64,000 nucleotides of DNA from Candidatus Phosphitivorax anaerolimi (GTDB lineage: Bacteria > Desulfobacterota > Desulfomonilia > UBA1062). Both the position numbers and the translations under genes were made by a program. The notes beneath the pieces were generated by a model that searched no databases, was not told where the DNA came from, and saw only the letters and a list, made by a program, of their open reading frames with translations. The stretch spans positions 30,223 to 94,222 of the forward strand of contig MPOS01000011.1 in the NCBI GenBank assembly GCA_001896555.1, given 5' to 3'. Position 1 is the stretch's first letter, and each line of letters starts with the position of its first letter. Shown here one piece after another: positions 10,178-19,946 of the stretch.

Positions 10178-10687
10178 TCAGGACGATAACAAGTGCCTCT
10201 GATGCATCTCCATTACATGGATGATCAACATGGCGCAATATCCATTTATCACGCCGGTAACGACCGATACAAGGAGAAACACGGGTATGATATGGGCCAA
10301 TGAGACGTGCGCGACGAGAAACAGGGCGATGGCGAGCTGCGCCGACATGTGTGCGGCAGCACCCGCCACGCTCACCCCGATGGGAGAAAACAGCGACTTG
10401 GGCATGGCCCACATGGTGAATGCCGCGGCAAGCCCGCCGCCCAGAGAAAAGGCGAACATGGGCGAGAAGATGCTGCCCGTGAGGGCCGACCCGATGACGA
10501 CCCTGCCGATGACCACGACGATCGCCCACGAACCCCCGAAGGTATACAGGGCGCACAGGGTAAGGATGTTGGCCAGTCCGAACCTTAAAAACGGGGCGGG
10601 CCGGGGAATGAACGACTCCATCCAGTGCAGGGCCACCGCCATGGCAACGAAGAGGGCCAGGGTCGCGATGCGGGTGTTTCGATTCAT
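10178..10687 (-). CDS. Gx transporter family membrane protein (heptaprenyl diphosphate synthase component I-like).
   Basis: Polytopic membrane protein of 169 aa with the LRFGLANILTL motif typical of the Hpre_diP_synt_I/Gx family. Confidence 0.6.
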   Translation of the reverse strand: MNRNTRIATLALFVAMAVALHWMESFIPRPAPFLRFGLANILTLCALYTFGGSWAIVVVIGRVVIGSALTGSIFSPMFAFSLGGGLAAAFTMWAMPKSLFSPIGVSVAGAAAHMSAQLAIALFLVAHVSLAHIIPVFLLVSVVTGVINGYCAMLIIHVMEMHQRHLLSS

Positions 10688-10831
10688 GGTTCTTTCAAGC
10701 CCCTCCAGAGCTTTACCCTATGCCTTACCACGAGCCGTGCGTTTTTGCCACCCTGGGTGGGGAGAGTGATCAGCTCCTCGCCCGGGAAATGGGAGCAGAA
10801 GTTTACCGCCCAGGATGGAAAGGCGGTCCCA

Positions 10832-11701
10832 TCAGGGCCAGGAGTAGAAGCCGCCCCGGTTCTCACCCTTGCGGCGGTACACGATCACCGTGGGCTCCTC
10901 GACACGGGCAAGCGATTCGATCTTTTTGAGGGCGTCCTCATAATAGCCTACCTCGTCCACCAGGTGCAGGGCCTTGCCCATCGTTGAGGTCATGACCCTC
11001 CCGTCCTGAAACACTGCGATATCCTGCTCGGTCACCGGACGCGACTCTTTCACTCTGGACATGAAGTTGGAATAAAACTCCATGACGATCCCTTTGAGGA
11101 GCTCGTATTCCTCGGGTGTCATATCGCGCAGCGGTGTACCGGCATCCTTGAGGTTGCCCGAGGTGATGGTCTGGTTGTCGATGCCCACCTTTTCCATCAG
11201 GCCTTCAAGGCTGATGGACGGGAGAAGGACGCCCACGTTTCCCACCACGGAGGAGGGCAGGGCGATGATGTGGTCGGCGGCCAGGGCCGCCATGTAAGCC
11301 CCGGAGGTGCCATTGTCCACGATGCAGCACACCACGGGTATTCCCTGCTTTGTCTTGTATTCCCGGATCCTTCTATACACCAGGTCCGATGCCGTGTATG
11401 AACCGCCGGGAGAGTCTACCTTCAGGATCACCCCTTTGATGCTCTTGTCCTTCTCCGCCATCTCGAGCACGTTATCGAGCCTCTCCAGGGTCCCCTGCCT
11501 GTGGATGAAGGTGTCTCGCGAGCCGGTGGTCCGGATGAGCCCCAGGATCTCGATCACCAGGATCTTCTGGTCCGATCCCTCCCGGATGACACGTTCCTCC
11601 AGGGGGGGGAGCTGCGTGAGGCTGGACAGATCGACAGAAACAAAGGCGCAGCCGCTCAAGAGAAAGAGCAGGGCCGCGCATAAGAACAGTCTTTTCTCCA
11701 T
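10832..11701 (-). CDS. sppA: Signal peptide peptidase SppA (36K type).
   Basis: N-terminal lipoprotein-like signal MEKRLFLCAALLFLLSGCA. ClpP/crotonase fold motifs GVILKVDSPGGSYTASD and VVCCIVDNGTSGAYMAALAADHI. Confidence 0.85.
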   Translation of the reverse strand: MEKRLFLCAALLFLLSGCAFVSVDLSSLTQLPPLEERVIREGSDQKILVIEILGLIRTTGSRDTFIHRQGTLERLDNVLEMAEKDKSIKGVILKVDSPGGSYTASDLVYRRIREYKTKQGIPVVCCIVDNGTSGAYMAALAADHIIALPSSVVGNVGVLLPSISLEGLMEKVGIDNQTITSGNLKDAGTPLRDMTPEEYELLKGIVMEFYSNFMSRVKESRPVTEQDIAVFQDGRVMTSTMGKALHLVDEVGYYEDALKKIESLARVEEPTVIVYRRKGENRGGFYSWP

Positions 11702-11740
11702 GATTTCCTCCTCTCTATCTAAAAAGAAGCATCTAATCTA

Positions 11741-11760
11741 GAGAATACACAAATATTCTC
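11741..11760. promoter_or_regulatory. Perfect inverted repeat GAGAATA-cacaaa-TATTCTC, 40 bp upstream of the sppA start codon. Candidate operator.
   Basis: Palindrome read from the sequence. It lies in the 316-bp non-coding gap between tldD and sppA. Confidence 0.3.
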
Positions 11761-12016
11761 CTGATTCAAAGGACGGGCAGCACTATTGGGACGGGTTCAC
11801 ATTTCCTCAAGCTTGTAGCCCCAACCGGGTCCAGAACTTGCCCTAAAAGGCCCATGCCATTGATCAGGGACATTCATTCCTGGCCGGGATAACCGATACA
11901 GGCTCATCGTTCACACTGCATGTCCTGTGGGAGCAACAATGCAAATACACTTCTTATGTGCCTGAACCGGCGTGCAATAGCACGGCCCGGACACGCTGAT
12001 CTTGAGGATGCAGGCG

Positions 12017-13423
12017 TTAGCCTTCGGAAGGGGCGCTTCCGATCTCTCCGCCGACCGTGATCTCGGGGATCAGCAGGGTGGGCTGGGCATCCGCCACTCC
12101 TACACCCTGGCCGTCTTTGCCGCAGGTCCCGATGCCGAAGCCCAGATCGTTGCCCACATGCGTGATGGAGCCCAGGATCTTCGGGCCGTTGCCGATGAGG
12201 GTTGCCCCCCGGATGGGCTCTCCGACCTTTCCGTTCTCGATGAGATAGCCTTCTGCGATGTTGAACACGAAGTCGCCGTTTACCGTGTTGACCTGCCCGC
12301 CGCCCATCTTCTTCACGAATACGCCTTTGTCTACCTTGGTGAGGATCTCCTCGGGTTTGAGCGTTCCGGGCTGGATCATGGTGTTGCTCATGCGGGGGAT
12401 GGGCCGGTTGCGGTATGATTCTCTTCTCCCGTTTCCACTCAAGGGAAGGCCGAACTTCATGGAGGTGATGAAATCGGTGAGATAGGCCTTCAGGATACCG
12501 TTCTCCACCAGCACGGTGCGGGTTGCAGGGTTTCCCTCGTCGTCATAGCCCATGCTGCCCCTCAGACCTTTGATGGTCCCGTCGTCGATGACGGTGATGA
12601 CATCCGAGGCAACCTTTTTGCCGATCTGACCGGAATAAACGGACAATCCCTCGCCTGCAAGGTCGGCCTCGAGCCCGTGGCCGATCGCCTCGTGAACCAT
12701 GGTCCCACCCGCCTCACTGGACAGGACGACCGGCATGGTCCCGGCAGGCGCCCGCCTGGCTTTGAGAGTCTGAAGCGCCCGGGAAAGGGCGCGTTCGGCA
12801 ATGAGCTCAGGGGGGTCTTCTTCGAGGAGCTCGAAGCCCCTGGCGCCGCCCACCGGCTCGTATCCGGTCTCGATGAGGGAATCCCGCGCCACCACTCCCT
12901 GGACCACGAACACGATGGAGTCACGCCGGTCCTCCACGATAAAGCCTTTCGAGTTTGCCACGACAACGCTGCGCACGCCGTCACCGTACATCACCTTCAC
13001 CTGCGCGACGGATGGATCGTATCCCCAGGCCTTTGTCTGTGCCCGGTTGACCATCTCGATCTTTTTATCCGGATCGACACCCGTGGGATCGATCCGGGAG
13101 AGCACCACCTCCCGGACAGGTCTCCTCTCCAGGGAGATGGCCTGCTCGAAGCTGCCTCTCTTTACCGCTGCAGCAACGGTGTCGGCAAGCTCGTCAAGCG
13201 CAGAGAAGTCGTTGGTATATGCATAGGCGCTGCGGTCCCCTACCACGACGCGCAGCCCCAGGCCGCTCTCGGTCGTGCTGACGAACCGCTCGATCCTCCT
13301 GGCTTCGGACACGATGGACGTGCCCTGTTTGTGCTCGAAATAGACTTCGGAGAAGTCGCCTCCGTTTTTCAAGGCCTTTTTCAGCAGTCTTTCGAATGGT
13401 ATACCGCTTAGCGATGTTTCCAT
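12017..13423 (-). CDS. tldD: Metalloprotease TldD
   Basis: HEAIGHGLEAD motif. Length 468 aa. TldD/PmbA-family architecture. Confidence 0.85.
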   Translation of the reverse strand: METSLSGIPFERLLKKALKNGGDFSEVYFEHKQGTSIVSEARRIERFVSTTESGLGLRVVVGDRSAYAYTNDFSALDELADTVAAAVKRGSFEQAISLERRPVREVVLSRIDPTGVDPDKKIEMVNRAQTKAWGYDPSVAQVKVMYGDGVRSVVVANSKGFIVEDRRDSIVFVVQGVVARDSLIETGYEPVGGARGFELLEEDPPELIAERALSRALQTLKARRAPAGTMPVVLSSEAGGTMVHEAIGHGLEADLAGEGLSVYSGQIGKKVASDVITVIDDGTIKGLRGSMGYDDEGNPATRTVLVENGILKAYLTDFITSMKFGLPLSGNGRRESYRNRPIPRMSNTMIQPGTLKPEEILTKVDKGVFVKKMGGGQVNTVNGDFVFNIAEGYLIENGKVGEPIRGATLIGNGPKILGSITHVGNDLGFGIGTCGKDGQGVGVADAQPTLLIPEITVGGEIGSAPSEG

Positions 13424-13845
13424 GATTTCACCTCTCGGGCCATGTCTCTTTTTATGTCCCGCTCCTTGATCACCTCTTTTTTCCGGTATTCCTTTCTGCC
13501 TTTGGCGAGACCCAGCTCCACCTTGATGAGATTCCCCTTCAGGTAGACGCTCAAAGGCACCAGTGTCAGCCCCTTTTCCTTGATTTTGCCCGAGAGTCTG
13601 GTGATCTCTCTTCTGTGCAGCAGGAGTTTCCTTTTGCGCTCGGGGTCCACATTGAATATGGAGGCCTGCACATAGGGGGCGATGTGGAAATTGATGATAT
13701 ACGCCTCCGAGTCTGTTATCTGCGCATAGCTGTCCTTGATGCTGCCTCCGCCTCCCCTCAGCGATTTCACTTCAGGGCCGCTCAGCGCGATGCCGGCTTC
13801 TATGGTTTCCAGGATGTCGTAAGCGCCGCGGGCCTTCTTGTTCAT
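13408..13845 (-). CDS. smpB: SsrA-binding protein SmpB
   Basis: MNKKARGAYDILETIEAGIALSGPEVKSLRGG and the C-terminal basic tail KGRKEYRKKE. I trimmed to the MNKKA start. Confidence 0.85.
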   Translation of the reverse strand: MNKKARGAYDILETIEAGIALSGPEVKSLRGGGGSIKDSYAQITDSEAYIINFHIAPYVQASIFNVDPERKRKLLLHRREITRLSGKIKEKGLTLVPLSVYLKGNLIKVELGLAKGRKEYRKKEVIKERDIKRDMAREVKSWKHR

Positions 13846-13864
13846 GCACAGAACGCGCCTGGCC

Positions 13865-14275
13865 TCACTCTTCATGAATGACCTCGATGATCCTGGGCGC
13901 CTCGATCTTTTTTCCCAGACGTCTGACAACCGCAAGACTCACCGCAAAGGCAAGGACCGCGCCCAAGGCCTGGAGCGTGACGGATGCACCTGCGGCCTGG
14001 GTGAGGAAAAGTGCGGCCAGGATGGCGGCCAGGGGAACCATGAATGCAAAGACCGAGGCCTTGAGCACAGAGGAGCCTTCCATGGCGATGACTACGGTAT
14101 CACCCCTGCGGACATGCTCCGGCGGCCGGGACAGCATCAGGTCCATGCGTTTTTTCGTGAAGCTGTGGCAGACCCCCGCTGCCTGGCAGCCCTCGCAGGA
14201 CGCCTTCCGGTCCACGATCACGCGGACTTCGGAATCGAAAACGTCTTCAATGGTTCCGCACACCGTTTTTATCAT
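13865..14275 (-). CDS. RseC/MucC-family membrane protein (SoxR-reducing / sigma-E regulator family).
   Basis: N-terminal CxxC-containing segment (CEGCQAAGVCHS) followed by two TM helices. Length 136 aa. Confidence 0.6.
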   Translation of the reverse strand: MIKTVCGTIEDVFDSEVRVIVDRKASCEGCQAAGVCHSFTKKRMDLMLSRPPEHVRRGDTVVIAMEGSSVLKASVFAFMVPLAAILAALFLTQAAGASVTLQALGAVLAFAVSLAVVRRLGKKIEAPRIIEVIHEE

Positions 14276-14282
14276 GAGAGAA

Positions 14283-16052
14283 TCAGCTCAGTACAAAGAG
14301 ATCGGGGGATTTGCCCACGATCTCCTGGTTCATGAACTCGTAGATCTCGTCCGCAGTCTTCATATGGAAGACATGCTCGGCGATCCGCCGGCACTGATCG
14401 AGGTCGACCTTTCTGGCCATCTCTTTCACGTGGGAGATAGCGAAGGCATTCGTTGAGAGTATGTCGATTCCCATGCCCAGCAGGATGGGTGTATAGATCT
14501 CCCTGCCCGCCATCTCACCGCACATGGATACCGTGATTCCGGCATCGTGGGCGGCATCGACGGTGAACTTGATCAGCCTCAGCACCGCGGGATGCAGGGG
14601 TTCGTAGAGGTAGTTCACATATTCGTTGCCCCGGTCGATGGCCAGGGAATACTGGATCAGGTCGTTGGTTCCGATGCTGAAGAAATCCACCTCGCTGGCA
14701 AGGATGTCTGCAATGATGGCTGCGGAGGGGACCTCGATCATGATTCCCACCGGGATGTTCTCGTCGAAGGGGATGCCTTCCTTGAGCAGGTTATCTTTTG
14801 TTTCTTCGAGGATTTCCTTTGCCTTCATGAGCTCGTCCATGCCCGAGATCATGGGGAACATGATGGATGTGTTGCCGTAGTGGCTCGCCCTCAGGATTCC
14901 CCTGAGCTGCGTCCTGAAGACGTCCACCTCTTTGAGGCACAGCCGGATGGCCCTCAGGCCCATGACCGGGTTCATCTCATTGCGGAGCTTGCCCAGCGAT
15001 GAATAGAGCTTGTCACCGCCCAGGTCCAGTGTCCTGATCACGGTGTTGTAGGGCGATACGGCCTCCACCACGGTCTTGTACGCCTGGTAGTGGTCCTCCT
15101 CGCTGGGGACGTGGTTTCTGTTGAGATAGAGAAACTCGGTGCGGTAGAGCCCGATGCCCTCGGCCCCGTGGTCGAGGACGGTCTTCACCTCGTCCTTGAA
15201 CTCCAGGTTTCCCTTGACCTTGACATACTTCCCGTCCCGGGTGACGGCCGGGGACTTTGCCTTTTCCTTGAGCTTCAGCTCGAGGGTGATGAACGAGCGT
15301 TCCCGGTGCTCATACTCCAGGATCTGATTCTCGGAGGGGTTGACGATCACTACGCCGGAAATCCCGTCGAGGATCAGGTTGTCCCCCGGATTGATCAGCA
15401 TGGAGGCGTTCTCCAGACCGACCACGGCGGGCATCTCCAGGGAATGGGCGATGATGGAGGTGTGGGATGTCAGACCGCCCACGTCGGTGGCAAAGCCCAG
15501 AATCTTTTCCTTGTTCAGCATGGCGGTGTCAGCGGGAGAGAGATCGTGGGCCACGATGATGCTGTTGTCGAGGAGGTGGCACCTGCTGGTCTTTTTGCCG
15601 ATGAGGTTCCTGAGGAGGCGCTCTCCCACGAAGGTCGTATCCGCGACCCTGCTCTTGATGTATTCATCGCCGATTGACTCAAAACTCTTCTCGATCTCGA
15701 GCAGCGCGGTCTTGAGAGCCCATTCGGCATTGATGTGCTCCGTAGTGATGAGCTCTCTGACCCTGCCGCTGAGCGCGGGATCGGTGAGCATCATCATATG
15801 CGTCTCAAGGATGAAGGAATGCTCTTTCCCCACATTGTGGGCCTCGAGTTCCTTGATCGCCTCCCTGATCTGTTTTTCGGATGTCTTGACCGCGTCGTCG
15901 AAGCGCTTGATCTCGTCTGACAGAAGAGACTCCGTGATCCGGATCTTGGGATAACGCTCGATCTTTCTGGTGTCCATGATCACGGCCTTGCCGATGGCAA
16001 TGCCTGCCGAAGCGGCTACGCCGTGCAGGATGTGGACCTGCCGCTGATCCAT
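14283..16052 (-). CDS. ptsI: Phosphoenolpyruvate-protein phosphotransferase (PTS Enzyme I).
   Basis: MDQRQVHILHGVAASAGIAIGKAVIMD N-terminus, PEP-utilizing domain GGLTSHTSIIAHSLEMPAVVG, and a C-terminal TIM barrel. The start overlaps the ptsH stop (TGATG). Confidence 0.9.
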   Translation of the reverse strand: MDQRQVHILHGVAASAGIAIGKAVIMDTRKIERYPKIRITESLLSDEIKRFDDAVKTSEKQIREAIKELEAHNVGKEHSFILETHMMMLTDPALSGRVRELITTEHINAEWALKTALLEIEKSFESIGDEYIKSRVADTTFVGERLLRNLIGKKTSRCHLLDNSIIVAHDLSPADTAMLNKEKILGFATDVGGLTSHTSIIAHSLEMPAVVGLENASMLINPGDNLILDGISGVVIVNPSENQILEYEHRERSFITLELKLKEKAKSPAVTRDGKYVKVKGNLEFKDEVKTVLDHGAEGIGLYRTEFLYLNRNHVPSEEDHYQAYKTVVEAVSPYNTVIRTLDLGGDKLYSSLGKLRNEMNPVMGLRAIRLCLKEVDVFRTQLRGILRASHYGNTSIMFPMISGMDELMKAKEILEETKDNLLKEGIPFDENIPVGIMIEVPSAAIIADILASEVDFFSIGTNDLIQYSLAIDRGNEYVNYLYEPLHPAVLRLIKFTVDAAHDAGITVSMCGEMAGREIYTPILLGMGIDILSTNAFAISHVKEMARKVDLDQCRRIAEHVFHMKTADEIYEFMNQEIVGKSPDLFVLS

Positions 16053-16318
16053 CAAGCCTCTCCGAACCCCTGTTCGACTAGTCTTGCAAGCGCTTCGACT
16101 GCCTGGCATTCATCATCGCCGGCGGCCTTGATGACAATATGGCTGCCTTTTGTGGCAGCGAGGGTTAGCAGTTCCATGATGCTTTTTCCATTTACCTCCA
16201 TGTGGTCTTTTATTACGATGATATGGGAAGTGAACTCCGACGCCTGACGGGAGAATGCCGCAGCGGCACGGGCGTGCAATCCCAACTTGTTCTGGATGGT
16301 TACTCTTTGCTCCTTCAT
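16052..16318 (-). CDS. ptsH: Phosphocarrier protein HPr
   Basis: His15 region KLGLHARAAAAF. Length 88 aa after trimming the spurious 5' extension of the 181-aa ORF. Confidence 0.85.
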   Translation of the reverse strand: MKEQRVTIQNKLGLHARAAAAFSRQASEFTSHIIVIKDHMEVNGKSIMELLTLAATKGSHIVIKAAGDDECQAVEALARLVEQGFGEA

Positions 16319-17028
16319 TTTATAATAGTCCATACCAAACTGAGAGTAAATACTCCATAGAATATCCATAACACCCCCAGTTTGAGTCTGAATGCAACGG
16401 CTGCGGCGATAAAGACCAGCAGATTCGCTCCCAGCAGGGTCAACCCCGTATCGTTCTTGAGCGACATCACGGCAATGACCATCCCTGCCAGCAGGGGGAT
16501 GGCCAGGGCAATGCGTTTCGTCCTGTCGATCGCCAGGGTCGCGGCCAGCTCCAGGGCCCCTGCCGGCCCGTTTCGATAACCCCGGGCAAACCCCCATGTC
16601 ATGGTCCAGAGATGGATACCGTTGTAGAGCAGGAGCACCAGGATCATGGCCCAGACGTTATCCCCCATGAGAGCAAGGAGCAGGAGGAGCGCGAAGATCG
16701 GCTTGAGCGTGGCCCAGAAAAAGGTGTCGCCCAAGGCGGCCAGCGAACCGGAGATCCCGGGCCTGAGCTTCTCGATCACCGCCTCGTCGCCGCGCTCCTC
16801 GATGTTCAGGAAGACACCGCCGATGGCGGGTGCCATGTAGGGGTGGGTGTTGAAAAAGCGGACGTATTTCTCAGCCGCTTTTTCCGCGTCAGCCGGGCGC
16901 ACCTTCTTCAGGCCGGGCAGCATGGCATACACGAAGCCGATATTCTGCATGCCTCTGAAATTCCACGCACCCTGGACGAAGAAAAAACGCCAGATAATTT
17001 TTGCCATTAGTCTTTTTGACAGTTCCAC
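16315..17028 (-). CDS. PTS mannose/fructose/sorbose-family IID component.
   Basis: IID signature IWRFFFVQGAWNFRGMQNIGFVYAMLPGLKK. Polytopic, 237 aa. Confidence 0.8.
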   Translation of the reverse strand: MELSKRLMAKIIWRFFFVQGAWNFRGMQNIGFVYAMLPGLKKVRPADAEKAAEKYVRFFNTHPYMAPAIGGVFLNIEERGDEAVIEKLRPGISGSLAALGDTFFWATLKPIFALLLLLALMGDNVWAMILVLLLYNGIHLWTMTWGFARGYRNGPAGALELAATLAIDRTKRIALAIPLLAGMVIAVMSLKNDTGLTLLGANLLVFIAAAVAFRLKLGVLWIFYGVFTLSLVWTIIK

Positions 17029-17098
17029 AGCTTGAGAATTACTAGCACAGAAAAAACCGGGAAGGCAATAGCCGCCGGCCAGGAGAGTTCAAGCGGCA

Positions 17099-17752
17099 TT
17101 ACCGCGATTTTTTTACCCCTATTCTCCCGCAGAACCCGGCCAGCCTGCACCGTGAGCAGAAGGGACTTACGGGCACGCAGACGAACTGCCCGTAAGGAAC
17201 GAGATAGTCGTTGATGACGGTCCAGTACTCCACCGGAAGTTTCTCCCTGAGCTTCATTTCCGTTTCGTCGGGATTTCTGGTGGACACATAGCCCCACCGG
17301 TTGGTGATCCGGTGGACATGGGTGTCGACGCAGATGCCCAAGCCGCCAAAGGCGAGGATGATCACGAGGTTGGCTGTCTTTCTCCCCACGCCGGGCAAGG
17401 CCAGGAGCCGGTCCATGTCGTCGGGAACCCGGCCCCCGAAGGTGTCCAGCAGGATCCGGGACACCTCGATGATGTTCCTTGCCTTGGTTTTGTAGAAACC
17501 TACCGGGAATATGGCCTTTTCGATCTCCTCCACAGGGGTGTGCACCATCCGCTCGGGCGTGGGGGCGAGGGCAAAGAGCCTCCGGGACGCCTCTTCCGTG
17601 GTGGCGTCCTTGGTTCTGAGGCTGAGCATGGTCGAGACGAGCACCTGAAAGGCGTCCGACGTCCTGGCCACCTTGCTGACGATGGGTTCGCGCAGCGGTT
17701 TCACATCAGCTTTCAGGATACTGAACACGGTGTCGATCGTCGAGTTGTCCAT
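17099..17752 (-). CDS. nth: Endonuclease III
   Basis: HhH-GPD motif LLALPGVGRKTANLV and a C-terminal 4Fe-4S cluster C-X6-C-X2-C-X5-C (CVPVSPFCSRCRLAGFC). Confidence 0.9.
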   Translation of the reverse strand: MDNSTIDTVFSILKADVKPLREPIVSKVARTSDAFQVLVSTMLSLRTKDATTEEASRRLFALAPTPERMVHTPVEEIEKAIFPVGFYKTKARNIIEVSRILLDTFGGRVPDDMDRLLALPGVGRKTANLVIILAFGGLGICVDTHVHRITNRWGYVSTRNPDETEMKLREKLPVEYWTVINDYLVPYGQFVCVPVSPFCSRCRLAGFCGRIGVKKSR

Positions 17753-17852
17753 GATTTCTTCCTACACGATGAGCGCGAGGAACGGAAGAGAATCGATGCG
17801 CGTCTTTTTCAATCTTGCTTCGACAGATACGGATTCCGGCGGCCTGTTTGAG

Positions 17853-18923
17853 CTAGAAGCCGAACTTGAGCCCGATCACGTATCTCCGGTCATCCATCTG
17901 CCCTGCATACGTCCCTACTTCTTCGGCATAGGTGAGCAGGTCGAGTTGGACATACTTTGCGTCGATCTCGAGGCCGAGCGTGAGATATCCCTGATAAAAG
18001 CCCGCCCGCACGGTGAAGAGGTTTCCGAAATCGTACTCTGCCCCTATACGGAGTCTTTTGCCGGGATCGTCGTCGTCATCGATCATGCCCGCCACATCGA
18101 CATAATCCAGGGCAAAGACCCAGGAGTCGACATAGACTGCGAATCCGATGTCGATGTGCTCCTCGAGGTCGCGAGCGTCTCCCATATCCGACCCGATGAG
18201 ATTGTTTGCGCTCAGGCCGACCTGAAAATCGACGTTCTTCTGGCCAATGGTTACATCTCTGAACCGGTAGATGACCCCCACATCGAGCAGCGTTCCGGAT
18301 CCGTCCTGGACATCGTCGTCCACCATATCGTCAAAATTGTCACTGGTGATGTCGGGGACGGTGTATTCCTCGTTGATACTCTTGCGGACGACATATTTCA
18401 GGCTTGCGCCGATTGAGAGGTCGTCATCGAGAAGGGAATGGGCATATCCTATCGCCGCACCCGCATCCCCCGTGCTGTCGATGATGAGGCTGGGATACTG
18501 GAAATTTCTGGCAATGAAGTTTGTCTTGGCGGAGCTGAAAATCCCGAAGGCGAAGTGAGGCCTGATGTAATAGGGGAAGACGGCTGCAGCGGCGTGGGAA
18601 TAATCGCCGATATACTCCCTCAGGAATTCCGCCACCTCCTGCTCGTTATCGGTATCCACGTCGAGGGCGTCGGTGTAGGCGTCATAGGCTCCCTGTCCGA
18701 GCTCCGCCTCGACGGACAGGAGAATGAGCCTTCTCTGCTCGATAAAGGACAGGCCGGCAGGATTGTAGAAGAGAGCGTTCTGATCGTTCGACACCGCCAC
18801 GAACGCCCCTCCCATGCCCAACGGCCGGATACCCTTGTAAATAGAGGAATATTCGACAGCATGCAGCGCGGATGAAAAAAGGATGAAAGCGAGCACGGGA
18901 AAGCAAAACAGAAGTTTCTTCAT
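17853..18923 (-). CDS. Outer-membrane beta-barrel protein (PorV/TraF-like family).
   Basis: Signal peptide MKKLLFCFPVLAFILFSSALHA. Motif LGMGGAFVAVSNDQNALFYNPAGL. C-terminal LKFGF ending in Phe. Confidence 0.6.
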   Translation of the reverse strand: MKKLLFCFPVLAFILFSSALHAVEYSSIYKGIRPLGMGGAFVAVSNDQNALFYNPAGLSFIEQRRLILLSVEAELGQGAYDAYTDALDVDTDNEQEVAEFLREYIGDYSHAAAAVFPYYIRPHFAFGIFSSAKTNFIARNFQYPSLIIDSTGDAGAAIGYAHSLLDDDLSIGASLKYVVRKSINEEYTVPDITSDNFDDMVDDDVQDGSGTLLDVGVIYRFRDVTIGQKNVDFQVGLSANNLIGSDMGDARDLEEHIDIGFAVYVDSWVFALDYVDVAGMIDDDDDPGKRLRIGAEYDFGNLFTVRAGFYQGYLTLGLEIDAKYVQLDLLTYAEEVGTYAGQMDDRRYVIGLKFGF

Positions 18924-18953
18924 CGTATCCCCCAGTCCATTCTCTTCGGTCAT

Positions 18954-19946
18954 CTACTCGGCTGAGAAACTGTTGACGAGATCATAGACACCGGAAGTGG
19001 TCATGATGGAGACAATGGTGTTCTCGTCGATTCCGGTAGTCGGCATCATAAGTGCAAATGCGAGGAAGTCCTCCAACGTGTCCCTCACGTCGTTCTGCTC
19101 CGGCGCGGCCCTGTCGAATGCCCGGATGGCGTTGAGGACATTGATCAGGTCTTCCTGATAAGGGTTCAGAGATTGCGGATCATACGGCCCGAAATCACTC
19201 TCATCTACGCTGCTCCATCTGTACAGTATTCCCGAGGAGTAATTGATGTAATACTGATAGGCCGTTTTGTTAATGGGCACCGGTATCATTCCAGGATCCC
19301 AGTTCTCGGGATCCTGGGTCAGGGTGTAGTTCATGGCATCGGCAACCCGGTTGCCGGTGAATAAGATGAAGTGGGCCGCGGATGCCACTCCGAGCTGGAT
19401 CTCGTCATCGTCGGAATGGCGGTTCGCTCTGATCAGGATGTCCAGAATATACTGGGCCGACTCGAGGTTTTCGATAAGCTCGCCCGCACAGTATCCGTCG
19501 ATGAACAGCGCGTCCTTGTACAGGTCGTAATTCCTGTCATATTCATCGACAAAGACAAGCACGGTTCTGCTCTCTGCGTCGCACTTGCTCGTATCGTCAT
19601 CCTCGAGCTCTGGCGCGGGATAGAGGTCCAATATTTCCGCGACCATGTCGAAATTCTCTCGCTCTTCCAGCCCGGCAAAAAAGATGAGATTTACGAAATC
19701 GACCCCGGCCTTTCCCATGTACGCGGAGCTCAGAAGCCTCGATACCCGCGGGTCGGGGCTTGTGGTGGTGTAGATTTCCGTCAGCAGGTTGATGGCTGAC
19801 GTATAATCCAGATCATCGAGGGCAATGGCCGCTTCTTCGATAACGGCTTTGCGGCCCGAATCATCGGATATGCCCTCAAACGCACTGTCATTGCTGCACC
19901 CGGACAGCAAAAGGAGCAGCGCCAGTATCGTGGTGAATGCTTTCAT
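18954..19946 (-). CDS. Hypothetical lipoprotein
   Basis: Lipobox LLLLSGCS. Abuts the barrel gene on the same strand (0-bp gap), probably co-transcribed. Confidence 0.55.
   Translation of the reverse strand: MKAFTTILALLLLLSGCSNDSAFEGISDDSGRKAVIEEAAIALDDLDYTSAINLLTEIYTTTSPDPRVSRLLSSAYMGKAGVDFVNLIFFAGLEERENFDMVAEILDLYPAPELEDDDTSKCDAESRTVLVFVDEYDRNYDLYKDALFIDGYCAGELIENLESAQYILDILIRANRHSDDDEIQLGVASAAHFILFTGNRVADAMNYTLTQDPENWDPGMIPVPINKTAYQYYINYSSGILYRWSSVDESDFGPYDPQSLNPYQEDLINVLNAIRAFDRAAPEQNDVRDTLEDFLAFALMMPTTGIDENTIVSIMTTSGVYDLVNSFSAE

Noticed and set aside
8832-10556. The 583-aa ORF on the minus strand (8805-10556), its Arg-rich N-terminal 140 aa, and the antisense 205-aa ORF at 8832-9449.
   Set aside because: The N-terminal extension has frame-artefact composition (Arg/Gly/His-rich, no domain). 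It also overlaps the real upstream Gx-transporter gene region. A good internal start exists at 10082. The plus-strand ORF is antisense to the clearly conserved HDOD domain.
11702-12016. A 316-bp non-coding gap between tldD and sppA, considered as a possible sRNA or mobile-element remnant.
   Set aside because: No repeats, terminator or conserved RNA motif that I can recognise. It is most simply the sppA promoter region. Only the small palindrome at 11741-11760 is reported.
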